Source: Octopus sinensis
Lineage: Eukaryota
DNA: 64,000 nucleotides
Assembly (NCBI RefSeq): GCF_006345805.1
Contig: NC_043009.1
Span: 9,362,001-9,426,000, forward strand
Direction of reading: 5' to 3'
The notes below the pieces were generated by a model that saw only the letters and a program-made list of their open reading frames with translations, ran no database searches and had not been told where the DNA came from. The translations under genes were made by a program, and so were the position numbers. Below, one piece after another: positions 60,789-64,000 of this stretch (positions are counted from its first letter, which is position 1; every line of letters begins with the position of its first letter).

Positions 60789-61084
60789 ATACACACACAC
60801 ACACACATGTATATACATATATATTTGTAGGAATAATAGTGTATCATACATATGCATATCTATCTTTATTTCTCTATATCTATGTACATTTATATGATAT
60901 ATATGAATATATATCTATGTATATCTGCATTTTTATAGCTATACATAAATGTATCTATGTATGTATATATATATATATGTGTGTGTGTGTGTGGTGTGTG
61001 TGTGTGTATAAATGAATGTATATATGTGTATATATATATAATATATATATATAATATATATATATATAATATATATATATATAT

Positions 61085-61123
<39 letters not shown>

Positions 61124-61200
61124 TATATATTTATATATATATATATATTTATGTATATATATATATTTATATATATGTACATAGATGTGTGAATGGGTAT
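59857..61200. repeat. (TA)n/(CA)n field containing a ~450-bp tandem duplication
   Basis: Unique anchor taattacctggatttcaatatcc at 60062 and 60515. Confidence 0.88.
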
Positions 61201-61989
61201 ATACATATAAACATATATGATTATACGACCGCGTGTGAGTTTTGAAATACACCCCCCACCACCCCAGCTGCACCCCCCCCCCATCGCCACCATCACCACC
61301 GGCTCCAGCTCCGCCGCCACCGCCACCGACTCACAAAAGCCTAGCTATGTATGTGACTGTTTTAGTAATATTACTAGCAGTACATCATCAGCATAGCCGA
61401 GTTGGGATTAATAATTATGCCTGTATAGTTTATCACTGCTCTGACCTAGTTATTACTACAGATTACCACCCTCACGCTCTTCTCTTCCTCTCTACTTCTT
61501 ACTCTCTATATATATATATGTATCTCTCTCTCTCTCTCTCTCGCTCACTCAATGACACACATATATACTGATAGGGCGGCCTCGAAGTAATCAGCTAGAA
61601 ATAGCAGTCAAAACCTCCAAATTGTGGCCTTACTGCCTTCAAAAACGAATATTTTGGATAATGTGGTATTATAAATGCGCTGTGCCTGTAATATAAAGCT
61701 AGGAAGGGCATGGCTGGAACATCTTTGATCATAGGACTGCTCTGCCAATGCTTAGCCTTGGGTTAAGCAACAAAACAACAAGGAACGAACTTCAGTTCAC
61801 GCACGCATGTAGGCACACACACACATTAACCGCACACACAATCACACAAGCATATACATACATAAATACATACATACACAGATATAAAAATTCATAGATA
61901 CATAAACATATATATGTACTCACACACAAACACATACATCTCGTACATTACTTACACAAATGAATACATACACTCTTATAGAATTCTTC

Positions 61990-63400
61990 AGCCAGTATTA
62001 CAATACATTCCACACCTCAACTTTCTTTCTTTTCTTTCTTCTCACTTTCCCTCCCTTTTCTCTGTCTGTCTTTCTTTTTCTCTCTCCCTCTCTTCTCTTC
62101 TTAACACTCTCTCAGCTACACACACAGACACACACAGACTGTGCGCTCTACGCTCTGCTCTCTCTTTTCAAACCTTTCAGTCTTACCCTCTCTACATCTC
62201 TCTCCCTCTCTCTCTCCACACACACACACACACACTTATTCTTTCTTCTTTCCTCTCCTCTCTCCATTAACCTCCCATCCTTTATTTCATTACTTCTAAC
62301 CCCACCTCGCCATCTCATTCTTTCCTATTTCTCTTTTTTGCTCTACTTTCATTTTCCTCTTTCTCTCACTCCATCGCCTTCTCTCTCTCCTTCATCACGC
62401 TCTCCTTCTCTCCTTCCTCTTCTTACGCTGTCTTTCCCACTTCCTCCCCTTCCCCTCTCTTACTCCACTTCTCCATTGTTTGTTGTTTCTTTCCTACAAC
62501 CTCCCACCCTCCCTCTTCTCCATCTTCTCTCTTCTCCGCCGCTCCTCTTCTTCACTCAGTCTCTCCTTCACGCTTTCCTTCCTCTCTTTCAGCAATACTC
62601 ATCTACTCTCCATCTTCTTTCTAAGTCTTCCGCTTCCCCTTCATCTTCTCCACTCACAATTTCCTTCCCTCTACTTTTCTTCTGCTTTCTCCCCCCCCCC
62701 GGTGTTTCTTTGTTTATCCTCCTCCCTATTCTTTCCTTCTTTCTCTCCTTTCTTTCTAGCATGCTACTTTCCTCCTCATTCTTTTCTGTCTTTCTATAGT
62801 TTTTTCTGTCTTCCTATAGTACTTTCCTTTCTTCTTCTTCTTCTTCTTCTTCTTCTTCTTCTTCTTCATTCCTTCTTTCCTTCTTCTCCCCTGTCTTTTC
62901 ATCCCCTCTCCTCTACACGTTTCCTTCTTGCTCTCTCTCTCCCTCTCTCTCTTACACACATCTACATTCTACACCGTTCTCTCCTTCCACGCTTCTAATT
63001 ACTTTTTCTTTTCTTCCTCTTCCTTCTCTATTCTTTCATCATCTCTCCTTGCCCTTCTTTATTTATCATTGTTACCCTCCTTTTCCAATCTTTTCTTTCC
63101 TCTCCTCCTCCTCTCTCCCCTCCTTTCTCTTGCTTCCTCCTTATCTCTCTCCTTTCCTCTTCCCTCTACATTCTCTCCCTTTCTGCTCTATTCCTCACCC
63201 TATCCCTCTTGAACCTCTCTTTATTCTCTTTGCTCTATTTCTCTCCCCTTTACTACCCCCTTTTTTCAAAAAAAAAATTGCTCTCCCTAACCCTCTTGTA
63301 ATATTTTCCTTTATTCTCATCACATCCTTCTCTGCCATAGATCCCCCTCTTCATTTCTCCTTCCTCTCCATTACTTTTCCTTTCTCTCCTATCCTAAAGA
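61990..63400. repeat. Very long pyrimidine-rich (CT/CTT) tract on the + strand
   Basis: About 1.4 kb almost entirely C/T on the + strand; perfect (CTT)n at about 62828-62867. Confidence 0.85.
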
Positions 63401-64000
63401 TTCCTCACATTGGTACATGGCCACAAGTTTATAACATAGCGGTGATGGGCAACGATGATATTGGGGATGGTATTCGTGATCATGGTGGTGCTGGTGCCGA
63501 TGTTGTTGTCAGTGTTGCTGCTTTTGGTGGTGGCATTGTTGGTGCTGATGGTTTTGGCATTAGTATTGTTAGCAATGGTGATAGTAGTGGCGCTAGTGTT
63601 ATTGGTGTCAGTATTACAATTGCTTGACTTTACCATCTGGTGCTCAACGAGAGGTTTGAACTCACAATCCAAACACAGTACCAATATCTTCTTGTCCGGT
63701 GCTCTAACACCCTCCTCTTCTCCAAAACTCCATTTCCTCCATCACTTCCACACTTTGTTTCCACTAGTCTCTGCTCTCCAGCTCTCCATTTCCATCATCT
63801 CTGTTACTCTCTCTTTCTCTCTCTCTCTCTCACCCACTGTCTTTCTCCTTCCCCCTGCTGCTCTCCCTTCCCTTCTCCACTCTCCCACTTCTCATTCAAT
63901 TAACCTTCTCTTTTGCTCTACTTTCTTCTTACTCTCCGCACACTCTCTTTTTCTTCATCTTCCATCTACTAGTAAATATGTGTGTGTGTGTGTATGCATG

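Noticed and set aside
61960-62799. Longest ORF in the track (279 aa, L/S/F/P-rich)
   Set aside because: A pyrimidine tract cannot readily form stop codons; the composition is low complexity.

Overview
This window is AT-rich, repeat-saturated eukaryotic DNA. The repeat families and very long (TA)n/(CA)n/(GAT)n/(TAA)n microsatellites point to a coleoid cephalopod, most likely Octopus (inference from recalled repeat motifs, not from a database search). I see no complete gene, rRNA, intact tRNA gene, CRISPR array or prokaryotic system. Nearly all ORFs in the supplied track are artefacts of microsatellites or SINEs. The window is dominated by several tRNA-derived SINE families (my local labels: A, B, C, E), a (GAT)n-tailed RTE-associated element (D), a (CAA)n-tailed repeat (F), and Penelope-like terminal repeats. 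It also holds short relics of R4/Dong-like, RTE and CR1-like LINE coding sequence, piggyBac-, hAT- and Tc1-like MITEs, and a non-autonomous Helitron. The best coding candidate is an unidentified exon at about 39.2-39.5 kb (MGSGVS...). Highlights: (i) C/E SINEs present in all four body-by-tail combinations; (ii) three adjacent or nested foldback/rolling-circle elements at 47.8-49.2 kb; (iii) a snap-back palindromic retro-copy at 19.6-19.8 kb; (iv) TSD-flanked SINE dimers with recurring junctions; (v) a near-identical 580-bp tandem array with chimeric junctions. Coordinates were counted by hand; ends of degenerate copies are approximate.
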